64,000 nucleotides of DNA from Planctomycetota bacterium (GCA_029260755.1 JAJDCQ010000090.1:23588-87587); one strand, 5' to 3'; positions 17,758 through 27,194 are shown, numbered from the stretch's first letter. Numbers and translations are program-made. Notes: generated by a model not told the origin, from the sequence alone.

Positions 17758-18642
17758 TCAGTCCGCGGCCTCGTGCTCGCCGATCGCGTTCACGAGGCGC
17801 ACGACGTCGCCGACCGCGAGGGTCTCGACGCGGACGTCTCCATCGATGCCGGCCGCGTCGAGCACCGCCGCCGCCGGCTCCGCACCGCCGAGGCGCTTCT
17901 TCAGGAGATGCCGGATCATCTTTCGCCGGGAGGAGAAGAGCGCCCGGACGAGGTCGACGAACGCGTCGTAGTCGTGCGGCGCAGGATCGATCCGCTCCCG
18001 CCGACGGATGTCGATGATCGCCGACTCGACCTTCGGCCGGGGCCAGAAGACGTGGCGCGGCACCGTCCGGACGATCGAGACCTCGGCGTGGAGCGCGCAG
18101 AGCACGCTCGGGGCGCCGTAGGTGCGGCTGCCCGGCGGCGACGAGAGGCGATCGGCGACCTCCTTCTGGATCATCACGACCATCCGCTCGAACGGGAGGT
18201 CGGTCTCGAGCAGCGCCACGATGAGCGGGGTCGCGATCGAGTAGGGGAGGTTGGCGACCAGCTTGAGATGGCTGCCGGCGCCGGGGGCGGCCAGGGCGGT
18301 CCGGACGGCCGCGAGGACCTCCGGGGCGACCTCGTGCTTCCCGGCGAGCACGTCGCGGTGAATCAGCTCGACGTTGCGGAAGCCCTCGAGGCGTTCGGTC
18401 GTCAGGGCGAAGAGGACCGGGTCGAGCTCGACCGCGACGAGGCGACTCGCCCGCTTCGCGAGGGGAACCGAGAGCCCCGCCGTCCCGGTGCCGACCTCGA
18501 GGACGACGTCGTCGCGGTCGACCTCGGCGGTGCGCACGATGAAGAGGAGGAGGTTCGGATCGGTGAGGAAGTTCTGACCGAGGGCCGTCCGCGGGCTGAT
18601 GCCGCGCCTCTCGAGGAGCGCCTTGACGTCGCGTCGCCGCAC
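17758..18642 (-). CDS. rsmA: 16S rRNA (adenine1518/1519-N6)-dimethyltransferase RsmA/KsgA
   Basis: LGQNFLTDPNL, VLEVGTGTAGLS, VANLPYSIATP motifs. Confidence 0.9.
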   Translation of the reverse strand: MRRRDVKALLERRGISPRTALGQNFLTDPNLLLFIVRTAEVDRDDVVLEVGTGTAGLSVPLAKRASRLVAVELDPVLFALTTERLEGFRNVELIHRDVLAGKHEVAPEVLAAVRTALAAPGAGSHLKLVANLPYSIATPLIVALLETDLPFERMVVMIQKEVADRLSSPPGSRTYGAPSVLCALHAEVSIVRTVPRHVFWPRPKVESAIIDIRRRERIDPAPHDYDAFVDLVRALFSSRRKMIRHLLKKRLGGAEPAAAVLDAAGIDGDVRVETLAVGDVVRLVNAIGEHEAAD

Positions 18643-18643
18643 C

Positions 18644-19261
18644 TCAGCGCCCGCCGGCGAGCGAGGGGAGCCCGCCGCCCACGCCGAGCGTGGACTCGGA
18701 GAAGACCTGCGCGGTGAAGCGGAGCACGTCGGCGCCGGCGCGCCAGGCGTCCTCGGGGAGGCGCGCCTTCCGACACGTCTGCGCGAGAAAGGTCGAACGA
18801 TCCCAGCCCTGCTCGGTGGCGACCTGTGGGAGGAGCAGCCCGCTCCGACCGTCCTGCCGGACGACGAGGCCGTGCACGCCGACCTCGATCTCGGCCGGAT
18901 CGCCGACCGGCTGAAGGGGCGAGAGGACGCTCACCTCGATCGTCAATCCGCCGACCTCCTCGGGAGCGACCGGCTCGAAGCGTCCATCGCGAGTGGCCGC
19001 CGACACGGCCAGCTCGGGCACGGCCTGCCGGAGCGGGCGCACCGCCTCGACGTAGCCGATGCAGCCCCGCAGCGCGTGATCCTCGCGCCGCCTCAAGGTC
19101 ACGAACGCTCCGTCGGGATCGTCGAGCTCGCCGGCCACCTCGTCCGGCACGTCGCCGAGCGCGGGGGGCGAGGCGGTCGAGTCGACGCCGTCGACGATCC
19201 GGGCGCGGACCGCGTCCCGGGCGAGGCGAAGGAGTAGCTTCTGAGCAGGTTCGGAGAGCAT
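18644..19261 (-). CDS. AMMECR1-domain protein (AmmeMemoRadiSam system protein A-like)
   Basis: The RGCIGYVEAVRPL block is typical of AMMECR1. Start set at MLSEPAQ (19261). The upstream part of the ORF is only the ompA terminator hairpin read through. Confidence 0.65.
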   Translation of the reverse strand: MLSEPAQKLLLRLARDAVRARIVDGVDSTASPPALGDVPDEVAGELDDPDGAFVTLRRREDHALRGCIGYVEAVRPLRQAVPELAVSAATRDGRFEPVAPEEVGGLTIEVSVLSPLQPVGDPAEIEVGVHGLVVRQDGRSGLLLPQVATEQGWDRSTFLAQTCRKARLPEDAWRAGADVLRFTAQVFSESTLGVGGGLPSLAGGR

Positions 19262-19282
19262 CGGCGGACCGCTTATAACAAA

Positions 19283-19311
19283 GCCGGCGCGCCCTCGAAA
19301 GGCGCGCCGGC
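19283..19311 (-). terminator. rho-independent terminator-like hairpin downstream of the OmpA-family gene
   Basis: GCCGGCGCGCC-ctcgaaa-GGCGCGCCGGC, a perfect 11-bp stem. On the minus strand it is followed by TTTGTTATAA. Confidence 0.5.
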
Positions 19312-19343
19312 TCAAGTGATCGTCGGTTTCGTTCTTCGCGGCG

Positions 19344-20075
19344 CTAGCCGCCGGAGCCGCCTCGCTCGTGGAGGCGAACCTCGACCCGTCGGTTCCGGGC
19401 CTTGCCCGCGGAGCTCGAGTCGCTCGAGATCGGACGTCCGTAGCCGTAGCCGGCGAGGAAGATCCGGTCGCGCGGAACGCCCATGGAGATGAGGCTCTCG
19501 AGGACGGTCAGGGCGCGCTTCGCCGAGAGGTCCCAGTTGTTCCGGACGCCGGACTTCGCGGCGTGCTTGATCGGATCGGCGTCGGTGTGGCCGGCGATCT
19601 CGATGTCGGTGTGCGAGTACTCCTCGGCGAGGAGGCGGGAGACGAGCGTCTTCAGCATCGCCTTGCCCTCGTCGCGAAGCGCCCACTTGCCCGAGTTGAA
19701 GAGGATGCTGTTCTCGAGGATCAGGCCGCCATACGGGCTGATCTCCATGGCCATGTCCTGGCCGAGGCTCTGGATGTTCTGGGCGAACGCCTCGTCGATC
19801 TCGCTCCGGGCGTTGCGGAGCGCATCCTCGGCCCGGCCGAGCTTCTGACGGAGGATCGAGAGCTCCCCGTCCTTCACCCCGATCTGGTTCTCGAGGAGCA
19901 GGAGCTTCTGATCCTTCGAGGCGTTCGCCTGATCGGCCCGCTCGAGGGTCCACGCGGTGTCGCGGAGCTTCTTCTTCATCTCCTCGTGCTCCTGCAGGCT
20001 GACGCAGCCCGAGCCGAGCGAGACGAGCGCCGCGAGGGCGGCGCCGGTGAGAAGGAAGGGCCGGCGGCGAGTCAT
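19344..20075 (-). CDS. OmpA-family lipoprotein (OmpA/MotB C-terminal peptidoglycan-binding domain)
   Basis: Lipobox LGSGC. C-terminal block NSGKWALR...GHTDA...N..LS..RA..V...L...G is the OmpA_C signature. Confidence 0.8.
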   Translation of the reverse strand: MTRRRPFLLTGAALAALVSLGSGCVSLQEHEEMKKKLRDTAWTLERADQANASKDQKLLLLENQIGVKDGELSILRQKLGRAEDALRNARSEIDEAFAQNIQSLGQDMAMEISPYGGLILENSILFNSGKWALRDEGKAMLKTLVSRLLAEEYSHTDIEIAGHTDADPIKHAAKSGVRNNWDLSAKRALTVLESLISMGVPRDRIFLAGYGYGRPISSDSSSAGKARNRRVEVRLHERGGSGG

Positions 20076-20340
20076 GAGATCTCCTCCTCGGGTCGGCCCT
20101 CCGATGAGGCCGACGCCGTGGTCAGTCGTTGCGAGGTTCGATTGGGGCGATCCGGGTGGTCCGAAGCCCCAGACGATGGGTGTATCGGATTACGGGGGAG
20201 GAAGGAGAAGGGAGGAGTGATGAGTGATGAGTGATGGCAGCGATGTCGGCTTCGCCGACGATTCCTCACGCCAAGACGCCAAGGGGCGCCAAGAGCGCCA
20301 AGGGTCATTGCGGACCGCGGCGGGGGGGGCGAAAGAAGAG

Positions 20341-20434
20341 CTCACGCAAAGGCGCGAAGGCGCAAAGGGGCTCTGCCAGGTCGAGATCTCGGAACGAAGC
20401 AACGATCCTTGGCGCCTTTGCGCCTTTGCGTGAG
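20341..20434. repeat. family-A palindromic element, copy 2
   Basis: CTCACGCAAAGGCGCGAAGGCGCAAAGGGG ... CCTTGGCGCCTTTGCGCCTTTGCGTGAG. Confidence 0.75.
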
Positions 20435-20542
20435 ATCCCGTTCACCCGTTCGAGGGACCCGGGAACGACGAAGGGCTCCCGACGCTTGGCGCCAGGAGCC
20501 CTCGACCGGAGTGCTCTCTCGGAAGAACCGTCTCGGGGACGG

Positions 20543-21367
20543 CTAGTTGAGCATCACGTAGATCGAGTCGGTGACGTCCCGGAGGCCGTCGGCGATGTTC
20601 GCGATCCACTCGGGGTGGATGCCGCGCATGTCGTTGTAGAGCACGCCCGCGCTGAGCACGGCCGGGATCAGGCCGAACAGGAACAGGCTGATCGTCCAGC
20701 CGCCGTGTCCGTCCTTCTGCTGGATCTGGAGCGAGCGCATCCGCGCCGAGCTGCGACGGCTGCTCGTCCCGCGCGCGCCGCCGCGGACGGTCGCGACGGA
20801 GGCGACGGTCTCGCCCTCCTCGGACTCCTCGTCGACGTCCGAGTAGACCGCCTCTTCGGAGCTCTCCATGAGCTCGAACTGGTCGGTCTCCATCGAGTCG
20901 GACGAGCCGACCTCGACGAGCGCCGCGTCACTGTCGGTCTCGACGAGGCCCATGTCCTCGTTGACGCTCGGCACCTCGACGGTCGGGATGGCCGCCTCGG
21001 GGTCGGAGTCGTGCGGCGAGATCGTCTGGTACTCTTCGGTCGTGTCGAAGACGATCTCTTCTTCGCTCTTGGTCTGACCCGTCATGATATCGCCAATGTT
21101 GATGACGGTATCGGACGTCGAGTCCTCCAGGATGAGCTCGTCGGACGACTCCGCGATGCCCATCTCCTGGTCGGAGTCGGTCAGGATGATCGTCGGCTCG
21201 GTCTCGCGACCCTGCTTGAGCGCGATGACGTCATCCTTCTTGAACTTCATCGAGAGGCCGTCGCGGAAGCCTCGCAGCTCCCCCTGACTGACGAGCTTCT
21301 TCAGCTCTTCCTCGTCGATTCGGAGCTCGCTGAGGACCTCCTCGAACGACATGTACTCGATGGCCAT
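20543..21367 (-). CDS. hypothetical acidic protein with N-terminal HTH-like segment and C-terminal TM helix
   Basis: N-terminal MSFEEVLSELRIDEEELKKLVSQGELRGF resembles excisionase/MerR-type HTH. Long D/E/S/T-rich middle. TM helix GGWTISLFLFGLIPAVLSAGVLY. Locally lower GC. Confidence 0.45.
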   Translation of the reverse strand: MAIEYMSFEEVLSELRIDEEELKKLVSQGELRGFRDGLSMKFKKDDVIALKQGRETEPTIILTDSDQEMGIAESSDELILEDSTSDTVINIGDIMTGQTKSEEEIVFDTTEEYQTISPHDSDPEAAIPTVEVPSVNEDMGLVETDSDAALVEVGSSDSMETDQFELMESSEEAVYSDVDEESEEGETVASVATVRGGARGTSSRRSSARMRSLQIQQKDGHGGWTISLFLFGLIPAVLSAGVLYNDMRGIHPEWIANIADGLRDVTDSIYVMLN

Positions 21368-21463
21368 CGATACTCCTCCGGTGGTCGTTTCTCATCGCGC
21401 GGCGCAGGTCGCCGCGCGTCTTCCGAGAGAAATGAGTGTCTCGTTCGGACGGACGCGTGGGGA

Positions 21464-21862
21464 TCAGTCGCCCCGGCTCTTGCGTCCGCCGCTCTCCTTG
21501 CCCGGATCCTTCTCGACCTGACGGAAAATGTCGAGGACGCTCGGGCGCTGCCGCTTGGGCGGATACTCGTCGAGCTTGAGATCGTAGCGGATGTTGCGGA
21601 CGCTGCGAAGCTGGATCACGTCCCCCTGCGCGTCGTAGAGCCCCAGGCGCTGCCCCTGGGGGTCGATCAGCCAGAGGAGGTCCTTGTTCGCGCCGGTCGA
21701 GAGACCGGTGACGCCGAACAGGCCGCCATCGCCGGCCGCGGTTCCCGCGTAGGCGGGGGCGAAGGGGCTGGAGCCGCCGGTGACGAGCACGGCTCCGAGG
21801 GCGACGATGACGCCGAGAAGGAAGGCGATGGTGACATCGCTCCTCAGGTGGCTGGCCTTCAT
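21464..21862 (-). CDS. small hypothetical membrane-anchored protein
   Basis: Start at MKASHLRSDVTIAFLLGVIVALGAVLVTGG, a signal anchor. The ORF track extends it to 22039 but the N-terminal extension lacks features. Confidence 0.4.
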   Translation of the reverse strand: MKASHLRSDVTIAFLLGVIVALGAVLVTGGSSPFAPAYAGTAAGDGGLFGVTGLSTGANKDLLWLIDPQGQRLGLYDAQGDVIQLRSVRNIRYDLKLDEYPPKRQRPSVLDIFRQVEKDPGKESGGRKSRGD

Positions 21863-22266
21863 GGGCTCCCTTCCTTCGGGACGCGACCCCGTTGGAGTCG
21901 GTCCGTTGGACTCGCACGATCCACGCGCCGCCCGATCACTCGTGCCGGGCGCCAACCTACTCGTGCTTTTTCGGTTCTCGCGTTCCCCTGATACCCGGAG
22001 AGCGGGTCTCGTCGGGATGTGCGGCATTATACATAACATGAAGGGCCGTTCAACTCCCTAATCCGACCCTCCCGGGGCAGCCTCGAGAGGCCGCCATCGA
22101 TCCACACGTCATTGGGGGGCCCGGCGTTGCGCCCTTCTGATGAATCGACCCGACCGGGGACTCCCGTTGGGGCACAACCGCTTAGGAGCTGTTGACACCC
22201 CGTCGAGCCGCGTGATAGCGTCGCATCTCCCTGACAACCCCCTGACGAAACCCCGAGTGCCCCCGG

Positions 22267-23334
22267 ATGACCGATCACGACCCCGACGCGAAACCCCTCC
22301 GAACGATGGACGACCTCGGCGACGGCGTCGAGGACGGGCTCGTTCCTCTCCGCTCCCTCGACGTCGCCGGCGCCGGCTCGTTCTCGGAGCTCCTCGCGGG
22401 GATGCGCCAGACGAGCTTCGGCGGTCGCCAGCTCGGTGAGGCGGTCGAGGTGCTCGTCGAGATGGTGCGGGACCCCGACTGCCTCGTCGTCGGGACGTTC
22501 TCGGGCGCCATGACGATGGCGAAGATGGGGCTGCTGATCACGGAGATGATCGAACGGGGGATGCTCCAGGCCGTCATCGCCACCGGGGCGCTGATCAGCC
22601 ACGGGTTCATCGAGGAGAGCGGACACGCCCACTACAAGCACGATCCGAGCCTGCGGGACGACGAGCTGTTCCACAGGGGATACAACCGCGTCTACGACAC
22701 GATCGAGCTCGAGCAGAGCCTGGACACGTGCGGCTGGACGGTCTGCGACGTCCTCGACGACATGCCGCGCGACCGACCCTACGCGAGCTGGGAGCTCTGC
22801 CGCGCCCTCGGGGCTCACCTCGCGAAGCACCCGGGGCGGGGAATGCTCCAGGCGGCCCGGGCGATGGACGTCCCGGTCTACATCCCCGCGTTCACCGACT
22901 CCGAGATGGGCCTCGTCGCCTACGAGTACAACCTCGAGGTCGCGGAGACGCGCGGGAAGACGCCGGTGCCCTACGACGCGTTCGCCGACCTCGACCACTA
23001 CCGGCGGAAGGTCGCGGGCGCGAAGCGTCTCGGGATCTTCACGATCGGGGGCGGCGTTCCCCGTAACTGGGCCCAGCAGGTCGGTCCGCTCGTCGACGCC
23101 ATGCAGCGGCGGATCAGCGGGGCGTGCACCGACCCGTGCCGGTTCCGCTACGCGGTGCGGGTCTGCCCCGAGCCGGTCCACTGGGGCGGTCTGTCGGGCT
23201 GCACCTACTCCGAGGGCGTGAGCTGGGGCAAGTTCCTTCCGCCGACCGAGGGCGGCCGATACGCCGAGGTCTTCTCGGATGCGACGATCGCCTGGCCCTT
23301 CCTCCTGAAGGCCGCGATGGAGCGGCTCGCCTGA
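22267..23334 (+). CDS. deoxyhypusine synthase-like protein (DHS/homospermidine-synthase family)
   Basis: 355 aa. DHS family blocks GGRQLGEAVEVL, GTFSGAMTMA, DSEMGL and IGGGVPRNWAQQ are present. Confidence 0.7.
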   Translation: MTDHDPDAKPLRTMDDLGDGVEDGLVPLRSLDVAGAGSFSELLAGMRQTSFGGRQLGEAVEVLVEMVRDPDCLVVGTFSGAMTMAKMGLLITEMIERGMLQAVIATGALISHGFIEESGHAHYKHDPSLRDDELFHRGYNRVYDTIELEQSLDTCGWTVCDVLDDMPRDRPYASWELCRALGAHLAKHPGRGMLQAARAMDVPVYIPAFTDSEMGLVAYEYNLEVAETRGKTPVPYDAFADLDHYRRKVAGAKRLGIFTIGGGVPRNWAQQVGPLVDAMQRRISGACTDPCRFRYAVRVCPEPVHWGGLSGCTYSEGVSWGKFLPPTEGGRYAEVFSDATIAWPFLLKAAMERLA

Positions 23335-23514
23335 GGCCCGGCGCGCCCGGTGACTCGCCTCGCGCGCGTCGCTTCTGAGACGGATCCGCCCGCATCGTCG
23401 GCGTTTCGCGAACGCCGAAAGCCTCATCTTCGAGGACGTTCGGACCGGTCGCGGCGCCGGTCTCGCCTTTGCGTTGGACCGCGCGAGGACGAACGACCGA
23501 GGAGATTCGAGACG

Positions 23515-24201
23515 ATGCCCGCGACGACCGACGATCGACGCCCCCGGAACCGCCCCCGACGCGAGCGCTCCGACGCCGCCTCGAAGAAGATCCGCGTCCG
23601 GTGCGGCGAGTGCCGGGAGAAGGCGACGGTGCCGGCCGACCTCGCGGGGCGAAAGGTCCGCTGCCGATCCTGCCGGGCGGCCTTCCGGGTTCCCGCCGCC
23701 GTGGTCGCCGCGGTGACCCGCCCCGAGCGAGCCTCGAAGCGGGGTCGACCCGACGAGCGGCGCGGCCGCGACGACGAGAGCCACGCGAGCGGGAAGCGGT
23801 CGCGGCGCCCGAAGCGCACCTTCAAGGTGCCCGATCCGGCGCCGAGCGACCTCGAGGACACGGTCGCGCTCAAGGGCGCGGATCATCCGGCGCACAAGGC
23901 GGCGCTGAAGGCGAGCGCCGAGGGCCTGGCGGCCGAGGCGCCGGTCGACTCGCCGAACGGGCCGTTCTCGGTCGAGCGGCGCATCCTCGACAGCGGCGCG
24001 ATCGGCGGCTCGGCCGCGATGATCGGCGCCGTCGTCTGGTTCGTCGTCGGTCTTCAGGCCGGGACGATCTACCTCTACCCGCCGATCCTGTTCGTCATGG
24101 GCGGCGCCGCCTTCATGAAGGCGATGACCAAGGGGCCGAGGCGGACCGACGCGGTCGCCGACGACATCGTCTACGAGCCCGCGGTCGACGTGGCCGACTG
24201 A
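23515..24201 (+). CDS. hypothetical zinc-ribbon protein with C-terminal TM segments
   Basis: CGECREK...CRSCRAAF is a CxxC...CxxC zinc ribbon. R-rich linker. Hydrophobic C-terminus AMIGAVVWFVVGLQAG / ILFVMGGAAF. Confidence 0.4.
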   Translation: MPATTDDRRPRNRPRRERSDAASKKIRVRCGECREKATVPADLAGRKVRCRSCRAAFRVPAAVVAAVTRPERASKRGRPDERRGRDDESHASGKRSRRPKRTFKVPDPAPSDLEDTVALKGADHPAHKAALKASAEGLAAEAPVDSPNGPFSVERRILDSGAIGGSAAMIGAVVWFVVGLQAGTIYLYPPILFVMGGAAFMKAMTKGPRRTDAVADDIVYEPAVDVAD

Positions 24202-24365
24202 CGGATCGTCGAGACGGACGCGTCGAAACCCTGACGCCACGCATCGCTCTCCCGCGTCCCGCGACACGGTGACAGGGAGTTACGGCCACGGTTCCACGGT
24301 GGCCCGTCCGTTGCGAGAGACCCCGGACGCGCGTCGATCGAGCGCGCCGAAGGAGTCCCATCGCC

Positions 24366-25232
24366 ATGCGCTACTTCCTCGAGACTCGCGGCGGCCGCCC
24401 CTGGTGGACGGCCATCCTCCCTGGCTTCGCGTCGGTCGCGCTCGCCATCTCCGGGCTCGGCATCCTCGGAGTCGCGCCCCACGCGACCGCGGCCCCGGAC
24501 GACCTCCTCGGCGAGGCGGCCCGCGCGCCGCTCACCTCGTTCGTCGAGGCGCGCGACGAGGAGGCGTCCGCGCACCACCTCGTGATCGTGCTCCACGGTT
24601 TCCTCCGAACCTCGTGGAGCGTCGCCGCGCTCGAGGAGCACCTCGGCGACGAGGGTCGCGACGTGATCAACTGGGGCTACCGCACCACCGACACACGCGT
24701 CGACGCGACGGTCGACCAGCTCGCCGAGGCGCTCCGCGAGGCGCTCGAGAGTCGCCCGGCCGACACGCGCGTCGACGTGGTCGCCCACAGCATGGGCGGG
24801 CTGGTGGCGCGCCGCCTCGCGCAGCGTCACCCCGAGCTGCCGCTCGGACGCATCGTCACGATCGGCACGCCGCACCAGGGCGCGCAGATCGCGGCGCTCG
24901 CCGGGCAGTTCCGGATCTACCGCGGCCTCCTCGGGGCCGGAGCGACGGTGGACCTCGAGCCGGGGAGCGAGCTCCTCGCCGAGCTCCCGCCCGAGGCGCC
25001 CGCCGGCGTTCCCGTCGGCGTGATCGTCGGCGGACGCGGCGACGAGATGGGTTACAACCCCCTCATCGGCGGCGACGACGACGGCATCGTCGGCGTGCTC
25101 GAGGCCGAGCTGCCGGGCGCGGCCGACACCCTGTTCCTCGCCGACGTCCACCACGCCGCCCTCCGGCACGACGCCCGCGTCCTCGCAGCGGTGACCTCGT
25201 TCCTCGAGACCGGGACGTTCGGCGCATCCTGA
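24366..25232 (+). CDS. alpha/beta hydrolase (lipase/esterase-like, PGAP1-type)
   Basis: Signal-like N-terminus. HGF oxyanion region VLHGFL. Nucleophile elbow AHSMGG. Confidence 0.7.
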   Translation: MRYFLETRGGRPWWTAILPGFASVALAISGLGILGVAPHATAAPDDLLGEAARAPLTSFVEARDEEASAHHLVIVLHGFLRTSWSVAALEEHLGDEGRDVINWGYRTTDTRVDATVDQLAEALREALESRPADTRVDVVAHSMGGLVARRLAQRHPELPLGRIVTIGTPHQGAQIAALAGQFRIYRGLLGAGATVDLEPGSELLAELPPEAPAGVPVGVIVGGRGDEMGYNPLIGGDDDGIVGVLEAELPGAADTLFLADVHHAALRHDARVLAAVTSFLETGTFGAS

Positions 25233-25502
25233 GATAGGAAGCCACGGGCGCATCCTGGGATCGAAAGCCGCGGGCGGGCGGGTGCCGCGGTTTCCCGATC
25301 GAAATGCCGCGGAAAGTGACGGCCTGACCCCACCGCCGGCCTCCCCGCAAAGCTGCGAACGGGAATCGATGGCTCGGCCCACCCGCCCCGCTCCGAAGCA
25401 GGCCGCACACCAACCCCGCCCCGCCGTCGGCAATACGACTCCCGCATGCGCACGGGCAAGACCACCGGAGGGCAAGACCACCGGAGGGCAAGACGCAGAG
25501 GG

Positions 25503-26165
25503 TCAACCCGGCGACGGCTTCGCCGGGCCGTCGTCGTCGCCGCGGAGCACCCGCGCGCCGAGCACCGTCGTCTCGACGGTCACGACCGGCCGCGGCGCTC
25601 CCTGCCCGGCCTCGCTCGGTCGGGCGCAGACGACGCCGAGCTCGTGGAGGGCCCGGTAGAGGTTCTGCCGGGCCGGCTCGTCGACCGCGTCCGCCCAGGC
25701 GACGCAGCGCTCGAGGACGGTCGCGGCGATCGGTCGATCGACGTGGTGCAGCCAGCGGAGCAGCGCGGCCCCGTTCCTGAGATCGGCCTCGGCGAGGCTC
25801 CACGAGCGCGAGGCGCCGCCCCGCGGACCGCGCCCGCGAAACCCGGCCGGCCGGAGCAGCCGCCAGCCGACGAGCGCCGACAGCGCGCCCGAGAAGACCG
25901 GGATCACGATCAGCCAGCGGGCCGGCCCTCCCTCGACCGCGAGGAACGCGGAGAGGGCGACCGCGGCCAGGGCGAGCGCCCCGAGGATCAACGCGACGGT
26001 GACGCCGATCACCTCGGTCAGCCGGTCCTCGCCGAGCGCCGACCAGAGGCGCCCCGGACGCTGCCGACGCCGCTCGAGGGAGACGAGCTCGCGCAGCCGC
26101 TCGACCACGGCGTGGTCGTCGTCGACGAGGACCTCGAGCTGGCGCGGGGACCGACCGTTCACGAG
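25503..26165 (-). CDS. hypothetical membrane protein
   Basis: Two clear TM helices (VIGVTVALILGALALAAVALSAFL; WLIVIPVFSGALSALVGW). The start is uncertain. The remainder of the long ORF (to 27167) only reads through repeat elements. Confidence 0.35.
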   Translation of the reverse strand, partial: LVNGRSPRQLEVLVDDDHAVVERLRELVSLERRRQRPGRLWSALGEDRLTEVIGVTVALILGALALAAVALSAFLAVEGGPARWLIVIPVFSGALSALVGWRLLRPAGFRGRGPRGGASRSWSLAEADLRNGAALLRWLHHVDRPIAATVLERCVAWADAVDEPARQNLYRALHELGVVCARPSEAGQGAPRPVVTVETTVLGARVLRGDDDGPAKPSPG

Positions 26166-26225
26166 GATGAGCTTCGATCGTTTCGAGCGGACTTTCAATC
26201 GTCTTCGACGGAGGACCGGCGCGTG

Positions 26226-26834
26226 GCCCGCTTCGACCCGGCGACCCTCAGCCCTCGCGAGGTCTACGGCGTCCTGATCGACGTGATCGTCCCGCGACCG
26301 ATCGCGTGGACCCTCACCGTCGATCGCGACGGCCGGCAGAACCTCGCCCCGTTCTCGTTCTTCAACGGCATCTCGGCCCGCCCGCCGCTCGTGTCGATCG
26401 CCGTCGGGCGGCGCCCCGACGGGCGGCGCAAGGACACCGCCGAGAACGCGATCGCGACCGAGGAGCTCGTCGTCCACCTCGTCGACGGCGCGCGCGCGGA
26501 GGCGATGAACGCGACGAGCGCCGACCTGCCGCCCGGCGAGAGCGAGGTCGCCCTCACCGGTCTCGCCACCGTGCCGAGCGAGCGCGTCGCGCCGCCGCGC
26601 CTCGCCGAAGCGCCGGTCGCGATGGAGTGCCGCCTCGTCGATGCGATCGCCTCGCCCGGCGGCGCCCCGACCGACCTCCTGATAGCGCGGGTGCTGCTGT
26701 TCCACGTCGCCGACGCCGCGGTCCGCGCCGAACGACCCGGCGCCCGCGTCGAGGCGCTCGACCCGATCGGTCGGCTCGGCGGGGATGGGTACTGCCGCCT
26801 GGGGCGCCTCTTCGGGATGGAGCGGCCCTCCTGA
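26226..26834 (+). CDS. flavin reductase-like domain protein (FMN-binding)
   Basis: The block IAWTLTVDRDGRQNLAPFSFFNGISARPPLVSIAV is typical of the flavin_reduct family. GTG start at about 26226 inferred; the upstream part of the ORF has no features. Confidence 0.65.
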   Translation, partial: ARFDPATLSPREVYGVLIDVIVPRPIAWTLTVDRDGRQNLAPFSFFNGISARPPLVSIAVGRRPDGRRKDTAENAIATEELVVHLVDGARAEAMNATSADLPPGESEVALTGLATVPSERVAPPRLAEAPVAMECRLVDAIASPGGAPTDLLIARVLLFHVADAAVRAERPGARVEALDPIGRLGGDGYCRLGRLFGMERPS

Positions 26835-26864
26835 GGTGAGGCGCCGTTCCGGGAGCGACGGAAT

Positions 26865-27010
26865 CTCGCGCAAAGGCGCGAAGGCGCGAAAACCGCAAGG
26901 CTCGCGCGGAACGCGCGAACCGCCAATCGACCAACCCAACAGGGGGCGCGACCGCGCGAGAGCATCGCACTCGAAGAGAACACCTTTGCGGCCTTGCGCC
27001 TTTGCGCGAG
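26865..27010. repeat. family-A palindromic element, copy 3 (diverged, longer core)
   Basis: CTCGCGCAAAGGCGCGAAGGCGCGAAAACC ... CCTTTGCGGCCTTGCGCCTTTGCGCGAG. Confidence 0.65.
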
Positions 27011-27055
27011 GTTTCTCCGTTCCAGGAACACGCGTGGTTGCCCGGTCGATGAAGA

Positions 27056-27194
27056 GGCCACAGATTTCACAGATTGCACAGATTACGAGCTGCCGAAGGC
27101 GGCGGTTCCTCTCGCGCGCGGACTCGTGGCGATGGCGTCGGCAGCGATGCGGACCGGTCCGCGGCAATCTGTGCCATCTGTGAAATCTGTGGCC
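27056..27194. repeat. family-F palindromic MITE-like element, copy 1
   Basis: TIR GGCCACAGATTTCACAGATTGCACAGATT ... AATCTGTGCCATCTGTGAAATCTGTGGCC. Internal GCTGCCGAAGGCGG is shared with the other copies. Confidence 0.8.

Noticed and set aside
22140-22266. TTGACA...TGATAG promoter-like motif upstream of the DHS-like gene
   Set aside because: Spacer of about 15 nt and a weak -10. Kept only as a remark inside a finding, not as a feature.
25446-26225. Upstream 260 codons of the plus ORF fused to the flavin reductase domain
   Set aside because: No features, and they are antisense to a minus-strand frame with two clear TM helices. The flavin reductase domain alone (from GTG at about 26226) has the expected size of about 200 aa.
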